From Dictyostelium discoideum (taxonomy: Eukaryota), in contig CM000152.2 of assembly GCA_000004695.1 (NCBI GenBank), positions 352,001-416,000 on the forward strand: DNA of 64,000 nucleotides, written 5' to 3'. The notes beneath the pieces were generated by a model. It was given only the letters and a program-made list of their open reading frames with translations. It did not search any database and was not told where the DNA came from. Both the position numbers and the translations under genes were made by a program. This document shows, piece by piece, positions 1 through 12,838 of the stretch (positions within the stretch are counted from its first letter, which is position 1; the number at the start of each line of letters is the position of its first letter).

Positions 1-1709
1 TAGTGGTGGTACTTTAGGTGGTGGTGGTGGTAGTAGTGGTAGTTTATCAAATTCAAGTTCACCTTCAAATTCATTTTTATCAACTTCAAATTCTTCAAAT
101 TCATCATTCTCTTCAGAGAAAACAACTTCAGTTAATCATAGACATAGTATTTCTGCAACATTAAATGTACCATTTGTTAGTTCAAATTCATTAGCACAAT
201 CATCACCTGGTAGTCCAATTTCACCAAGAATAAATAATAGTAATCCATCACCATCACCATCATCAACTTTACCACAACATAATTCAACATCAAGTTTAAT
301 ATCACCATTATCATCATCATCATCATCATCTCAATCATCATCTCAATCATCATCAAATGTTAATACAACTGTATCAATGTCAACAACATCATCATTGGAA
401 TCATTTGTATATGTTAAACCATTTATAAATTTACAAAATTTAAATTTAAATGATTGTAAATCAATTAATGATCATCAATTAATTAATATAGCTCTAATGC
501 AATTACCATTGGTAAATGTTTATTTGAAAAGATGTAATGTTTCAGATTTATCAGTGGTTCAATTGGTTCAAAATTGTCCAAGATTATCAACTTTGGAACT
601 CTCTTATACAACCATTACAGATCAATCAGTGTTGGCAATCTCAAGTGGTTGTTTATCTTTGAAAGAATTACATTTGGATGGATGTTTAGCGGTTGGTTGG
701 TTATCAATTGAAAAGTTGGTTAGAACGATTCACGATATACGTTTACTATCATTGGCTGAATGTCCTGGTGCTGCCAATGATAATACTTTACGTTTGATTG
801 GAAAGTATTGTACCAATATGCATTTCTTAACATTGTCTTCAAATACTACAATAACCGATTCCGGTATGATTAGCATGTGTAAACATACAACTTAACCTAT
901 TGGATTTGAATATCAATTTTTGTGGAAATCTAACCGATGCCTCTATCAATCAAATCGCCGTTAGTTGTGTCAAACTTCGTACTTTGAAAATGATTGGTCT
1001 TAATCATGTCACCTCTTTGAAATCAATTGGTACTCATTCTTTGGATTTGGTTTATTTGGACATTAGTGAGTGTCATAAGATCTCTCAGGGTTTGGGCGCA
1101 ATTGCAAAGGGTTGTTCGAAATTGACAACTTTTAAACTCAAGAGATGCTATGGCTTCAAGGATGCTTCATTAATCTCTGACGATGGCGATCTTCATCTAA
1201 TGCAACGTTTAACCATTTTAAATTGGAGTTATGTAAACATTGAATTCAATGCCATTCACTCCATATCTCATAGTTGTCAATACCTAACCAGTTTAAATAT
1301 CTCCTATTGTAAGAGTTTAAATGATAATGCCCTCGAAAGAATTGCAAACTCTTTGACAAATATAAAGAAATTGAAATTTGATGGAATTATCAATATCACC
1401 GATGATGGTATTAAATCGCTAAGTGATGGTCCAATCTTTAGTGCAGTCGAAGTTTTGTCAATGGTAGGTTGTAGAAAGATCTCTGATGTTTCTGCTCATC
1501 ATATCCTAAGATTTAATAATTTGAGAAAGTTATCAATTGGTGGTTCATTAATGACAACAAATGGTGTAGATATTATTGCTTCAAGTTCATTTGAATTGAT
1601 TAAAATTCATGTTAGAAATTGTTTAAATATTAATCCAACAAGTTTAAAAGAAAATCATCCTCATATATTTATAGATACAACTCAAAAAGATTATAATGTA
1701 TTTATTTAG
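1..1709 (+). CDS. Cys-containing leucine-rich-repeat (F-box/LRR, Skp2/Grr1-like) protein, 5'-partial, with an apparent frameshift at 868-900
   Basis: Frame 2 is open from nt 2 through 895 (Ser/Gly-rich, then LRRs of the cysteine-containing type: CKSINDHQLINIAL, CPRLSTLELSY, CLSLKELHLDGC). The LRR reading continues in frame 3 from 870 to the TAA at 1707-1709 (LDLNINFCGNLTDASINQIAVSCVKLRTLKM...). Frame 3 has a TGA at 867-869 and frame 2 a TAA at 893-895. That leaves a single-base indel within 25 bp, with no room for an intron. Confidence 0.7.
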
Positions 1710-1733
1710 AAATAAATAAATATAAAAAATGTA

Positions 1734-1776
<43 letters not shown>

Positions 1777-1998
1777 AATTTTAACTATTTTTTTTGTTTT
1801 TTTTGTTTTGGAATTTAAAAATGGTTTTTTTTTTTTCAAAAAAAATGTAATTAATTAATTTAATATCTATTGATATTTTGGATTTTAGATATTTTTTTTG
1901 AAAAAAAAAAAAAAAATTTTACATGGAAAATTCCGAAACCTGACAGTTATGAAAAAAAATAAAATTGAACTGATATGACTTTAACTAAGCCAAAAAAT

Positions 1999-2046
1999 TA
2001 ACATAAAAAAATAAACATAAAAAAATAAACATAAAAAAAATAAACA
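1999..2046. repeat. Tandem 12-mer (aaaaataaacat) x4 in an AT-rich intergenic region
   Basis: Direct reading of 1991-2046. Confidence 0.8.
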
Positions 2047-2072
2047 TAAAATAAAAAATATTAAAATATAAC

Positions 2073-2114
<42 letters not shown>

Positions 2115-2339
2115 AAAAGTATCGATCCCAAATCATTTATTTTAATATTTTTTTTTTTTTATTTGAAAAAATCTTTTTTTTTTTTTTTTTTGATTTTTTT
2201 TTTTTCATTTTTTTTTTTTTTTTTATTTTTTTTTATTTTTTTATTTTTTTTATTCACTTTTTTTTTCTAAAAAAAAAAAAAAAAAAAATTAAAAAAATTA
2301 AAAAATAAAAAAATAAAAAAATTAAATTAATCATTTTAA

Positions 2340-2377
<38 letters not shown>

Positions 2378-2429
2378 CTTCTTTGTATTTTTTTTTCTAT
2401 TTATATTTATATATTTAATATTTATATTT

Positions 2430-2465
<36 letters not shown>

Positions 2466-2813
2466 TATATTTATTTATTTATTTATTATTGTTGTATTCA
2501 AATTATCCCCTTTTATATTTTTATTTTATTTTTTTTGTTGAATATTTATTTTTGTCCAATAGACATATCAATCAAAAATCCAACCAACTCAACAACCAAT
2601 TAGATTTAATCTTATAAAAAAAAAAATTTTTTTTGAAAAAAATCATCAACTCCCACACACAATCTCAACTACACAACTCCCACTCCCCAAAAAAAAAAAA
2701 TAATAAAAAAATAAAAAAATAATAAAAAAAATTCAAAAATTCAAAAAACAAAAAACCACCCACACACACTTATAGATACAAATAAAATCAAATAAAATCA
2801 AACAAAACAAAAA

Positions 2814-5711
2814 ATGAGTAATTCAATTAGCAAAGGGTTAAAATCAACATTCTTTAAAAAAGAAACATCATCTCTAAAAGAAAAAGAAAAAGAAAAAGAA
2901 AAAGAAAAAGAAAAAGAGAAAGGGAAAGAAAAAGAAAAAGAAAAAGATAAAATAAAAGAGAAAGAGAAAGAGAAAGATAAAGATAAAATAAAAGAAAAAG
3001 AGAAAGAAAAAGATGTAAAAAAATCAGAACCAATATCGACACCAACCAATACAAGTCCAACCAATTCAACATTATTCTCATCACTCGATACCTCTGATGC
3101 ACATTTATTAAGTACACCCACCACTGGTGGATCAAGGTTATCTGTTAGTTCAGTAGCAAAACAGTTAAAAGATAAACAAAATGTAAATAGTACCCAACCA
3201 AATAATAATAATAATAATAATTCACCACCTTTATCAAGTACACCACCAACTACAACCAGTACACCAAGTGCTGTAAAATCAATGCCATATAGACCAATAC
3301 GTTCAGCAACAACAAATTTACCAAACACAACACCAACACCAACCACAACCACAACAGAAAAAGTTGAAGGATCTGTATTTTTTAATAAGAAACCTTTAAA
3401 TAGTACCAATAATAATAATAATAATAATACCCATGCTGTAATGTCATCATCAACACCAACATTGCCATCAGTTACATTAAATCGATTTAAAAATGCAGCT
3501 CAACCAAATTCAACAAATTCACCAAATACGACATCACAACCATCATTTATTAAAAAATCACCAACATTCACTTCTTCAACATCACCAACTTTATTATCAT
3601 CATCAACTGGAGATTTATCATCAACTTCATCATCATTGTCATCAACAACAGGTAGAAAATTACCAACACTACCAAGTCAAAGTAGATTCATTTTATCACC
3701 AACTGAATCATCATATGATACAAGTAGTTTTTGTGGAAGTAGTAATAATAGTTCAACATGTAGTAGTTTAGCTTCATCAACATCTTCATTACCAAGTTTT
3801 TCACCTTCAAATGGTAATGGTTTTGCATCTGTGAAACCAGTTGTAGAAAAGACAACAAACACAAATACCACACCACCAACATTATCAAGACAAAATACAC
3901 CACCAAACGTTTCAACATTTTCATCAAATCAAACCACACCATCAACACACTCATCAGCACCAACAACACCATTATCAACATCTGCAACTAATTCACCAAC
4001 GATTACATCACAACAATCATCAATTATGAAATCAAAAAGACCAGCATTACCACCAAGAAATGAACTACAATCAAATGCTGGTGTTATGGTTGTACCAAAA
4101 TTAAAACCAACTCAAACTAATCAACATAAACCACCACTTTCACCAACTAATGAAGCTCAAAGATTATTTTTAAAGAAAGCAATTAATGTTGATGATGAAG
4201 AAAAATCAAATTCAAGTGATGATGAAAATTCACCAAGAAATTCAACTTCAACAACTACAACTACAACAACTACAACTACAAAACCAACCACAAAACCCAC
4301 AACAACAACAACAAATAGTAATAATAATAATTCAAATACTACATCACAAACAAAATCAAGTACATCATCAGAAACAACAACAACAACAACAACAACAGAA
4401 TCAAAAATTGAATCACCAATAATAAATAAAAAGAAATCAGATCCAAAATCAGATTTAATTCAAAGAAATTATTTAGTACAAGAATTATTATCAACTGAAA
4501 AGAAATATGTAAATAATTTAAATAGAATTATAACAATATTTTTAATGCCATTAAGAAATAAGATACAATCAAAGGATAAAATATTGAATATGGAAGAGAT
4601 TAATCAAATCTTTTCAAATATTGAAACCATTTTTAATATTCATAAAACGTTTTTAGTCGATTTTGAAAGTCGAATTGAAAATTGGACAGAGACGAGTAAA
4701 TTGGGTGACGTTTTTAGAAAGATGAAACCATACTTAAACTCTTATAAAATCTACTCCAACGCTTACAATGGCAGTATGTTAACCATTAGAAGTTTAATGA
4801 AATCCTCACCATCATTTGCAAATTTTCTACAGAAATGTTTGGAGAAACCAGCTTCAAAAGGTTTGAATTTATCCAGTTATTTAATTATGCCAATCCAACG
4901 TATACCTCGTTATCGTTTGCTATTGGAGTCCATTATAAAGTACACTCCAACCACTCATGAGGATTACCAGGATTTGGTGTTGGGCAATCAGGAGATCTCC
5001 TTGTCCGCTATGGAAATCGATGAGAAGCTAGCACAGTACCAAATCGCTCACAAGGTATTGGATATTCAAAATAGTTTGAATGGCTTGGAAGAGGATATTG
5101 TCACGCCAACTCGTGTGTTCCTAAAGGAGGGTGACTTGAAGAAGATCTCGGATCGTGTTGTAAATACTCGTCATTTCTTTCTGTTTAATGATTTATTGAT
5201 TTATTGTAAAAAGGAGAGAAAGAATACCTATCGTTTCAAAGCTTCTTTTCCTCTATTGACCTGTTGGGTTAAAGATATACCCGATACTCAAAGATTCAAT
5301 AATCTCTTTCAAATCATTTCAACAAAGAAAACTTATTTCCTTAGTGCTCCATCAAGTGAAGAGAAACATTCTTGGATGAAACTTTTAAATGAAGTCATTG
5401 ATAAAATGGTTCAACAAAATCCTGAATGTTTATCACAACGTCAAACTATTTATGAAAGACGTGGTTCAATGTCTCCAACTGAACTATTCAATAGTTTAGA
5501 GAAATCAATTCCAATTGGTTTTGAAAATGGTGGTGGTGCTATAAATTATAATAGTACAAATAGTATTGGTGGTGGTATTATTGATAATTTAAATATTAAT
5601 ACAGATAATGCAACCAATAGTAATGGAGGCGGTAGTAGTTTAAATGTTTCTTATAATGGTATTTCAAATGGTCATGGTAGTGTTGGTCCAATTAATCATT
5701 CAAACAGTAAC

Positions 5712-5746
<35 letters not shown>

Positions 5747-5894
5747 TAGTAGTAGCAATAATAATAATAATAGTATAACAAATAGTAATAGTACCAGTAG
5801 TGGAGATTTAAATACGAAGTCAATTTGGTTAAAAGATCAAATGACAAAAGCTTGTATGTTATGTACTTCAAGTTTTACAATGACAAGAAGAAGA
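2814..5894 (+). CDS. RhoGEF (DH-PH-FYVE architecture, FGD-like), exon 1
   Basis: ATG at 2814 in an A-rich context. The N-terminus is a KEKEKEK low-complexity stretch followed by a Ser/Thr/Asn-rich region. The DH domain is LIQRNYLVQELLSTEKKYVNNLNRI...IPRYRLLLESI and the PH domain VFLKEGDLKKISDRVVNTRHFFLFNDLLIYCKK...EEKHSWMKLLNEVI. The exon ends ...MTRRR followed by the donor GTATGT at 5895. Confidence 0.85.
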
Positions 5895-5948
5895 GTATGT
5901 TTTTTTATTTTATTTTAAAACCTATTTAAAAAATTAGTATCTAATACT

Positions 5949-5989
<41 letters not shown>

Positions 5990-5995
5990 CTAAAG

Positions 5996-6184
5996 CATCA
6001 TTGTAGAAAATGTGGTAAAATATTTTGTAATGATTGTTGTCCAGTTCAAGATTTATCTCAATATCTTCAAGGTAAAAAAGTTAGAGTTTGTAAAACTTGC
6101 TTTGAAGAGATTGAGGTTCAACTCATGGTAATGAGTAATATGGAAGAAATTAGAATCGAAGAAGAATCAAACAGTTTTAAATAA
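5996..6184 (+). CDS. RhoGEF (DH-PH-FYVE), exon 2 completing the FYVE finger
   Basis: The acceptor is a poly-T tract plus ctaaAG at 5994-5995. The exon translates HHCRKCGKIFCNDCC...RVCKTCFEE, which with the upstream WxxD...RRR gives the canonical FYVE motif R(R/K)HHCRxCG. Stop TAA at 6182-6184. Confidence 0.8.
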   Translation, partial: HHCRKCGKIFCNDCCPVQDLSQYLQGKKVRVCKTCFEEIEVQLMVMSNMEEIRIEEESNSFK

Positions 6185-6497
6185 ATTAATAATTGTATTT
6201 GATTGGGAGTGTATAAATAAAAGTAAAATATAAATAAAAAAAAAAAAAAAAAAAAAGATAAAATAAAATAATTAATTCCATTAAAAAATGGATAGATAGA
6301 ATTGGCATTTAAATAAAAATTATTATTTTTTTATTTTTAATAAACTTTTATTATTAACATTTATATTTTGTTAATAATAAATTTTCCAATTATTAAAATA
6401 TATATATACAGTAAAGTTAACTTTTTAAAAGGGTTCAAAAGTGGGGATTTAATTTTATTTTAATTTTTTTTTTTTTTTTTGTTAAATAATATTACAT

Positions 6498-6694
6498 TTA
6501 ATCTTGGTTAAATCTTTTTAATTTATGGATTTGTACCTTAATGGCAATACTTTGTTTTTTATATAAAATAAAACCAGCAACTGCCAAACCTGAAAAACCA
6601 ACAACAGATACAACTACAGCAACTGGTACTACCCATTTACGAGATTTTGATTCGCATTCAGGTTTAAATTGAGGATCAACAAGTAATGAAAAAT
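6498..6694 (-). CDS. ComC-like EGF-repeat membrane protein, terminal exon with the transmembrane helix and short cytoplasmic tail
   Basis: Minus-strand donor GTATGT (plus 6763-6768) and acceptor ttatttatAG (plus 6695-6696). The exon encodes ...DFSLLVDPQFKPECESKSRKWVVPVAVVVSVVGFSGLAVAGFILYKKQSIAIKVQIHKLKRFNQD*. Confidence 0.7.
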
Positions 6695-6768
6695 CTATAA
6701 ATAATTTTTAAAGAATTAATATTAATAATTTGATTTTATAAAAAAAAAATTTTAATAAAAAAAACATA

Positions 6769-7772
6769 CCTGGATCAATAAGACATTCTTTTGTACAATG
6801 TGGTAAATTTAAAACTACAATAATTGAATCAGTTTCATTTTTAATAGTTGTTGATAAAAATGTTGGTTTTCCATCAGATATAACTCTGTTGATAAATCTT
6901 GCACCTAAGATTTTATTATTTTTAGAGATTTTAATAACATTAAATGAAGTTGTTGATTGATCAGCTGAATTGGTTTCAATTTCTGTATCTTTATTATTAC
7001 AATCATTATTATAATTTGAATCTTCTACTTTACCAGCCATTGAAATCATTTCCAATTGAAGAGTATTTAAAAATGAAGAATATTGATAATTTGCAATTGA
7101 AATTGTAAATTTAACCAAACCTTTTGAAACTGTAAAAGTTGTACCTGCAAATGAGAATTCTGAATCTTGTTTAACTTCTTCAATTGTAACTGTTACTGTA
7201 CATGTTGTATTTTTTAGGGTTTGAGTAAACAAATAATTATTATTTGTATCTTGATTGTTTACAACATTTGAGGTTACCAATTTCCAATTATCTGATAAAT
7301 TAAATGTTTGAATGGTTTCACCATTGAAACTAATTTCTTTTAATGATTTAAAATAAATTTTAAAATTGGTATCTTGGTTTGAGATATTTGATTCACCATT
7401 ACCGACTGTGACTTCATTCTCTGGTACAGTTATTGTTGAATTATCATGTAATTTAATACTACAATCAAATCCATCAAATCCTTGTTTACATTTACATTCT
7501 CCATTTACTGTGTTACATGTTCCTTGATTTTCATTTGAACAATCTTTTGGACAAGCCTTAATAATTGATTCATATTGATAAATATTATTACCAATGAATA
7601 CAACACCATTTTGAGTAAGATTAACTGAATGTTTACCAGAACCTGCTGGTGCTGTACAATTAATTAAATTAGATGTATTATAAATTATAGGACAATCATT
7701 TACACCAATTGTTAAAGTTATATCTTGATGTGAATCACCAAATACTCCATAAAAGCTTGCAACACCTCCCAA
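6769..7772 (-). CDS. ComC-like EGF-repeat membrane protein, middle part (extracellular Cys-containing and beta-rich region)
   Basis: Continuation of the upstream EGF-repeat ORF in a different frame. The reading frames overlap at 7718-7772 with no usable intron, which indicates a frameshift. The segment contains an EGF-like CPKDCSNENQGTCNTVNGECKCKQGFDGFDCS and ends ...ECLIDPG at the donor. Confidence 0.6.
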
Positions 7773-9472
7773 AGTGTAGTTGATGGAATTACAGATGAAA
7801 TATAATGTTTTGGTTGTACATTAGCAACACAAGCAAAGGAACCAGGTTTATTTTCACATATAAAATTTGCTGAGCATGGATTATTAGCACATTCATCAAC
7901 ATCACTACAAGATTTGTTATCAGCATCCAATGAGTAACCATTTCCACATGAACAAGTGATTGATCCTCCAACATCTGAACAATTATGTTGACAACCACCA
8001 TTACCGGTTAAGCAACTACTAATTAAATTACATGTTTTATTATCACTATTTAAGAAATAGTTTGAATCACAAGAACAATAGAAACTTCCAGCTATATTAT
8101 TACAATTCTTTTCACACCCATCAACATTTGTTTGACATTCATCAATATCATTACACGTTTTACTATCTACACCCAAACTATAACCAGATTTACAAGAGCA
8201 AGAGTAAGTACCTGGACTATTGGAGCATAGTTGAGTACAACCTGAACTTCCACTTGAACATTCATCAATATCATTACAGGTTTTTTCATCACTACCCAAA
8301 GAGTAGCCTGAATTACAATAGCAAGTATAACCACCATTATTACTTAAACATCCTTGTGAGCAACCACTTGCTCCCTTATCACAGTCATTAATACTTGTGC
8401 AACTTTTACCATCACTACCCAACTCAAAACCTGTGCCACAATAGCAAGAGTATCCACCAATAGTATTTGAACATCCCTGAGCACAACCATGTGTTCCTTT
8501 TGCACATTCATCAATATCTGTACAGGTTTTACCATCACCAGCCAAAGTATAACCTGCACTACAAGAGCAAGAATAACCACCATCAGTATTACTACATGAT
8601 TGAGCACAACCACTTGTTCCTTTAGCACATTCATCAATATCATTGCAAGAATATCCATTACTAGCTAAAGTATAACCTGCACTACAAGAGCAAGAATAAC
8701 CACCATCATTATTTGTACATCCTTGTGCGCAGCTATATGTTCCCTTTGCACATTCATCAATATCATTACAAGAATATCCATTACTAGCTAAAGTATAACC
8801 TGCACTACAAGAGCAAGAATAACCACCATCATTATTTGTACATCCTTGTGCGCAGCTATCTGTTCCCTTTGCACATTCATCAATATCATTACAAGAATAT
8901 CCATTTGATGATAAAGTATATCCAGAACCACAGCTACAAGTAAAAGAATTTCCTGAAGCAACACAAGTACCTTCACAATTACTAGATGCACATGGATCAT
9001 TAACTTCACATGTCTTACCATTTGAACCCAATCTATATCCAGCAGGACAAGTACAAGTAAAACTACCACCACTGTTACTGCATCCATTAGAACAACCTGA
9101 ACTTCCTTCAGCGCATTCATCTATATCAGAACAGGATTTTAGATCACTATTTAATCTATATCCAGTTGGACAAGTACAATCAAATCCACCAACACGATTT
9201 GAGCACCCATTAGAACAACCTGATGATCCATCAGCACATTCATCTCTATCAACACAAGTTTTTGTTCCATCATCAAACACTTCAGTTACAAGATTACATC
9301 CACATAAATAACTTCCATCAGAGAATGCATAACATGAAACAACGAAACCACATGGATTTGATAAACATGGACATGGATTCCCTTCTGGTGAATAAAAATC
9401 TTTACAATCAATACATGTAGAAATTTTAATAAAACTTAACAAAATAAATAATAATGAAATTATTATTTTCAT
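7718..9472 (-). CDS. ComC-like EGF-repeat membrane protein, N-terminal part (signal peptide plus about 13 calcium-binding EGF-like repeats)
   Basis: ATG at 9472-9470 (minus) followed by the signal peptide MKIIISLLFILLSFIKISTC. It is followed by tandem cbEGF repeats of the form DIDECA.G...C.QGC.N..GGYSCSC.AGYTL. Confidence 0.8.
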   Translation of the reverse strand: MKIIISLLFILLSFIKISTCIDCKDFYSPEGNPCPCLSNPCGFVVSCYAFSDGSYLCGCNLVTEVFDDGTKTCVDRDECADGSSGCSNGCSNRVGGFDCTCPTGYRLNSDLKSCSDIDECAEGSSGCSNGCSNSGGSFTCTCPAGYRLGSNGKTCEVNDPCASSNCEGTCVASGNSFTCSCGSGYTLSSNGYSCNDIDECAKGTDSCAQGCTNNDGGYSCSCSAGYTLASNGYSCNDIDECAKGTYSCAQGCTNNDGGYSCSCSAGYTLASNGYSCNDIDECAKGTSGCAQSCSNTDGGYSCSCSAGYTLAGDGKTCTDIDECAKGTHGCAQGCSNTIGGYSCYCGTGFELGSDGKSCTSINDCDKGASGCSQGCLSNNGGYTCYCNSGYSLGSDEKTCNDIDECSSGSSGCTQLCSNSPGTYSCSCKSGYSLGVDSKTCNDIDECQTNVDGCEKNCNNIAGSFYCSCDSNYFLNSDNKTCNLISSCLTGNGGCQHNCSDVGGSITCSCGNGYSLDADNKSCSDVDECANNPCSANFICENKPGSFACVANVQPKHYISSVIPSTTLWEVLQAFMEYLVIHIKI

Positions 9473-9638
9473 TTTAATTTTCTTCTCTTATTATTTTTTT
9501 TTTTTATTTTTATTTTAATTTTAATTTTAATTGCACAGTTTCTGTATTATTTTATTTTAATTTTTATTTGTTTTATTTTAATTACACGTTTTCTGTTATT
9601 TTATTTTTTATTTTTTATTTTTTGGTTAATCCCAGTGA

Positions 9639-9673
<35 letters not shown>

Positions 9674-10191
9674 CACAATAACCATCCAAAAACAATTCTC
9701 ACTCAAAATAGGTCCGAGGGTTTTTTTCCTTCTCAAAAAATTCAATTTTTTTTAACTATTCCTTGAAAAAAAAAAAAATCGAAAAATCATTTTATTTTTT
9801 TGATGGTTTTTATAAAAAATTAAAACAATATTAATATCTGTTTTTTTTTTTTTAATAAATATAAATAATTTTTCTCAAGTTAAAGAAAAAAGGTTAATTT
9901 ATAAATAAAAAAAAAAAAAAAACCATAAACCTCAAAATTAGGTAATTATTTTTTTTGTTATTATAATTAAACTTGTGTAAAATATAAAAAAAAAAATAAA
10001 AATTAATTAATTAATTTTTATGGATATAAAAAAAAAAAAAATCAATATCATTTAAATACCAAATTAAATATCACTTAAAACTAAATGTCATTTAAATGGT
10101 ATTTAAATGGTATTTAAGTGATATTATAATTAATAATATAATTAAAAATATAATTAATAATAAAATTATAATATAATTTAAATTACATTAC

Positions 10192-10270
10192 CTTAAAAAT
10201 GAAATTTTTAATTTAATTTTAATGACCGGTAAATGGTCATTAAAATTAAATTAAAAATTTTATTTTTAAG
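10192..10270. repeat. Perfect 26-bp inverted repeat with a 7-nt spacer, extendable to about 36 bp, inside a cluster of palindromic ATTTAAAT motifs
   Basis: aaatttttaatttaattttaatgacc (10202-10227), spacer ggtaaat, then ggtcattaaaattaaattaaaaattt (10235-10260). The flanks cttaaaaat / atttttaag extend the stem. Nearby nested inverted repeats at 10046-10120 are built from catttaaatgg / aatatcacttaaa units. Confidence 0.9.
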
Positions 10271-11266
10271 AAAATTTAAATGTTCCTGTAAAAATGAAAT
10301 TTAAATTTAATTGGTATTGAAATGTAATATTTCCAAATAGGTCTTTTTTATTACCATATGCATTATTGATAATTTACAAAAAAAAAAAAAAGAAAAAAAA
10401 AAAAAAAATTTCCAAACAATTTTAAAAAAAAAAAAAAAGATAAAAAAAAAAAAAAAAGATAAAAAAAAAAAATAAAAGACGAAAATGTGAAAATAAATAA
10501 AAAAAATCTTTGGTTGCAAAAAAAAAAAAAAAAATCCCGATGCACAATTTTGTAAAGAAATTAAATGCACACTTCATTAATTTGTGTAAATGATAAACTA
10601 ACACGACACAGTGTTGTTAATCCCAAAACTAACCACAAAAAAATAAATTAAAAAATAAAAAATATCCCTAAAAAAAAAAAAAAAAATAGAATTGGCGATC
10701 TTTTTAAAATCCACTCCGGAAAAAAAAAAAAAACAAAAAAAAAAATAATAAAAAAAAAAAAAAAAAAAAAGATATTTTTAAAAGTGAGAACTCTCCAAAA
10801 ATAAAACACTTTTGTGTAAGTACCGATCGTAATAAAAAAAAAAAAAAAAATAATAAAAAAAACAATAAAAAAAAAAAAAAAAATTAAAAAAAATTAAAAA
10901 TACACCATAGTTCCCCAATTTTGTGTGTGTCAACCAAAAGATATAGTTGAAAAAAGAGGTGGTTGGAGGCTTTGTTATTTTAAAAATTGATTATTTAATT
11001 TATTTTGAATAAAAAAAATAAAAATAAAAATAAAAAATATTGAAACAGGACTTTGTTTGGTAATTTGAAACCCGTTAAAAAAAAAAAAACCATTTTTTTT
11101 TTTTTTTTAAATGAAAAAAAAAAAATAAAATAAATTAAAAAATAAAAAAAAAAAAAAATGTTAGCAATTTTTTATTTTCAGTTGATTGTTGGCAATTTTT
11201 TGTGTTTTGACACAGCCTTTTTTTTAATTTTATTTTATTTTTTTTTTTTTTTTTCACCAAATTATC

Positions 11267-11297
<31 letters not shown>

Positions 11298-12198
11298 TTT
11301 TTTTAATTGTAATAAATTTTTTTTTATAAAACTACACAAGCACAAGCACAAACACAAACACAGAAGAAAAAAAAAAAAAAAGAAAAAAACTGTATGTAAA
11401 AATTTGTACTAATCTTAATTTTTTGAATTTTATTCCCATTAAACCACTATATCCCTTTTTTTTTTGTTTTTATTTTTGTTTTAATAATAGACTTTCATAC
11501 CTAAAAAAAAAAAAAAAAAAAAATCGAAAAATCCGAGTTTTTGTGTTTTTAGTTATAAGGTCGAATGATCATGTTTACTTTTTTTTTATTATTTTTTTAT
11601 TTTATTTCATTTTTATTTTTTTGTTTTTTTCCTCAATTCGATAACATTTACAATCCAAAGTTTTATATCTTAAAAATTGGATAAAAAAATAAAAATAAAA
11701 AAAAAAAACAAAAAAAAAAAAAATAAAAAAAAATAAAGTCGAAAACTCTAAAAAAAAAAAAAAAAAAAAAATTTATTTTTGTGGTCTTTTTTGATAAAAA
11801 TAGAATTTTTGGTAAAAGAAATAAATTAATTTATCATTTTTGTGGCCTTTTGTGTTCAATTAAAAGGGTATTTTATCATTTAATATTTAAAAAAATATTA
11901 TCATTTTTTTTCATTTTTTTTTTTTTTTTTTTTTATCCTCTTATAAATTCAAGTGCCCAATTAAATTACTATAAAAATAAATAAAAAAATAAAAAAATAA
12001 AAAAAAATAAATAATAAATAAATAAAAATAAAAATAAATTAAAACATGAAATAAAACCCTTACACTCACTTTTTACCCCACATCTTGTTTTATTGTTACT
12101 CTTCAATTTTGATATAAATTTTTTTATATAGATATTTATATCTATGTAAAAAAAAAAAAAAAATAAAAATAAATACAAAACGTTAGAGACTAACCAAA

Positions 12199-12219
12199 TT
12201 ATTATTATTATTATTATTA

Positions 12220-12290
<71 letters not shown>
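12199..12290. repeat. (ATT)n microsatellite, about 30 units
   Basis: Direct reading. Confidence 0.9.
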
Positions 12291-12291
<1 letters not shown>

Positions 12292-12617
12292 TTATTTTTA
12301 TTTATTTTTTATTTTTATTTTTTTTATAAAAATTTCAATTTTTTTTTTTTATTATTATAATTTTTTAACCACTACAGGTGTATATATATAATTATTTATT
12401 CAATTAAAAAAAGACATATAAACCACACATAAAAAAAAACAAAACAACAAAAAAAAAAAAAAAAAAAAAAAAAAAACACATTTGTTTTTTTTTTAAAATT
12501 TTTTATTTTTTATTTTTTTATATTATACATATAAATTATTCGTCATCATCAATAATTATATATACACATAAAAAAAAAAAAAAAAACACACACACATCAC
12601 ATATATAAATATATAAA

Positions 12618-12838
12618 ATGACAGGTTCACATGAAATGGAGTCTATAATGTTAGATTCAATGGAAGAAGAATTTCCAGTTTCAGTTGAAACCTTAGGAAA
12701 ATTAGTAGATGTACCAAAAGGTTTCGATACATACGCTGAGTTAGGTGGACTTAGCGGTTTATCAACAAAATTAAAATCAAATATAAAAACTGGTTTACCA
12801 TTAGAAAAATCATCAACAGAAGAAAATAGAGTTTTAAA
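12618..12838 (+). CDS. patA: P-type (P2B) plasma-membrane-type Ca2+-ATPase, exon 1
   Basis: ATG at 12618 directly after an acacacacacatcacatatataaatatataaaATG context. The N-terminus FPVSVETLGKLVDVPKGFDTYAELGGLSGLSTKL...ENRVLK matches the PMCA N-terminal segment. Donor GTAAGT at 12839, exon ends in phase 2. Confidence 0.85.

Noticed and set aside
2798-3409. 203-aa minus-strand ORF
   Set aside because: It is the antisense of the (GAAAAA)n/KEK low-complexity start of the RhoGEF gene. The sense strand has the A-rich ATG context, the DH/PH/FYVE domains and a confirmed intron.
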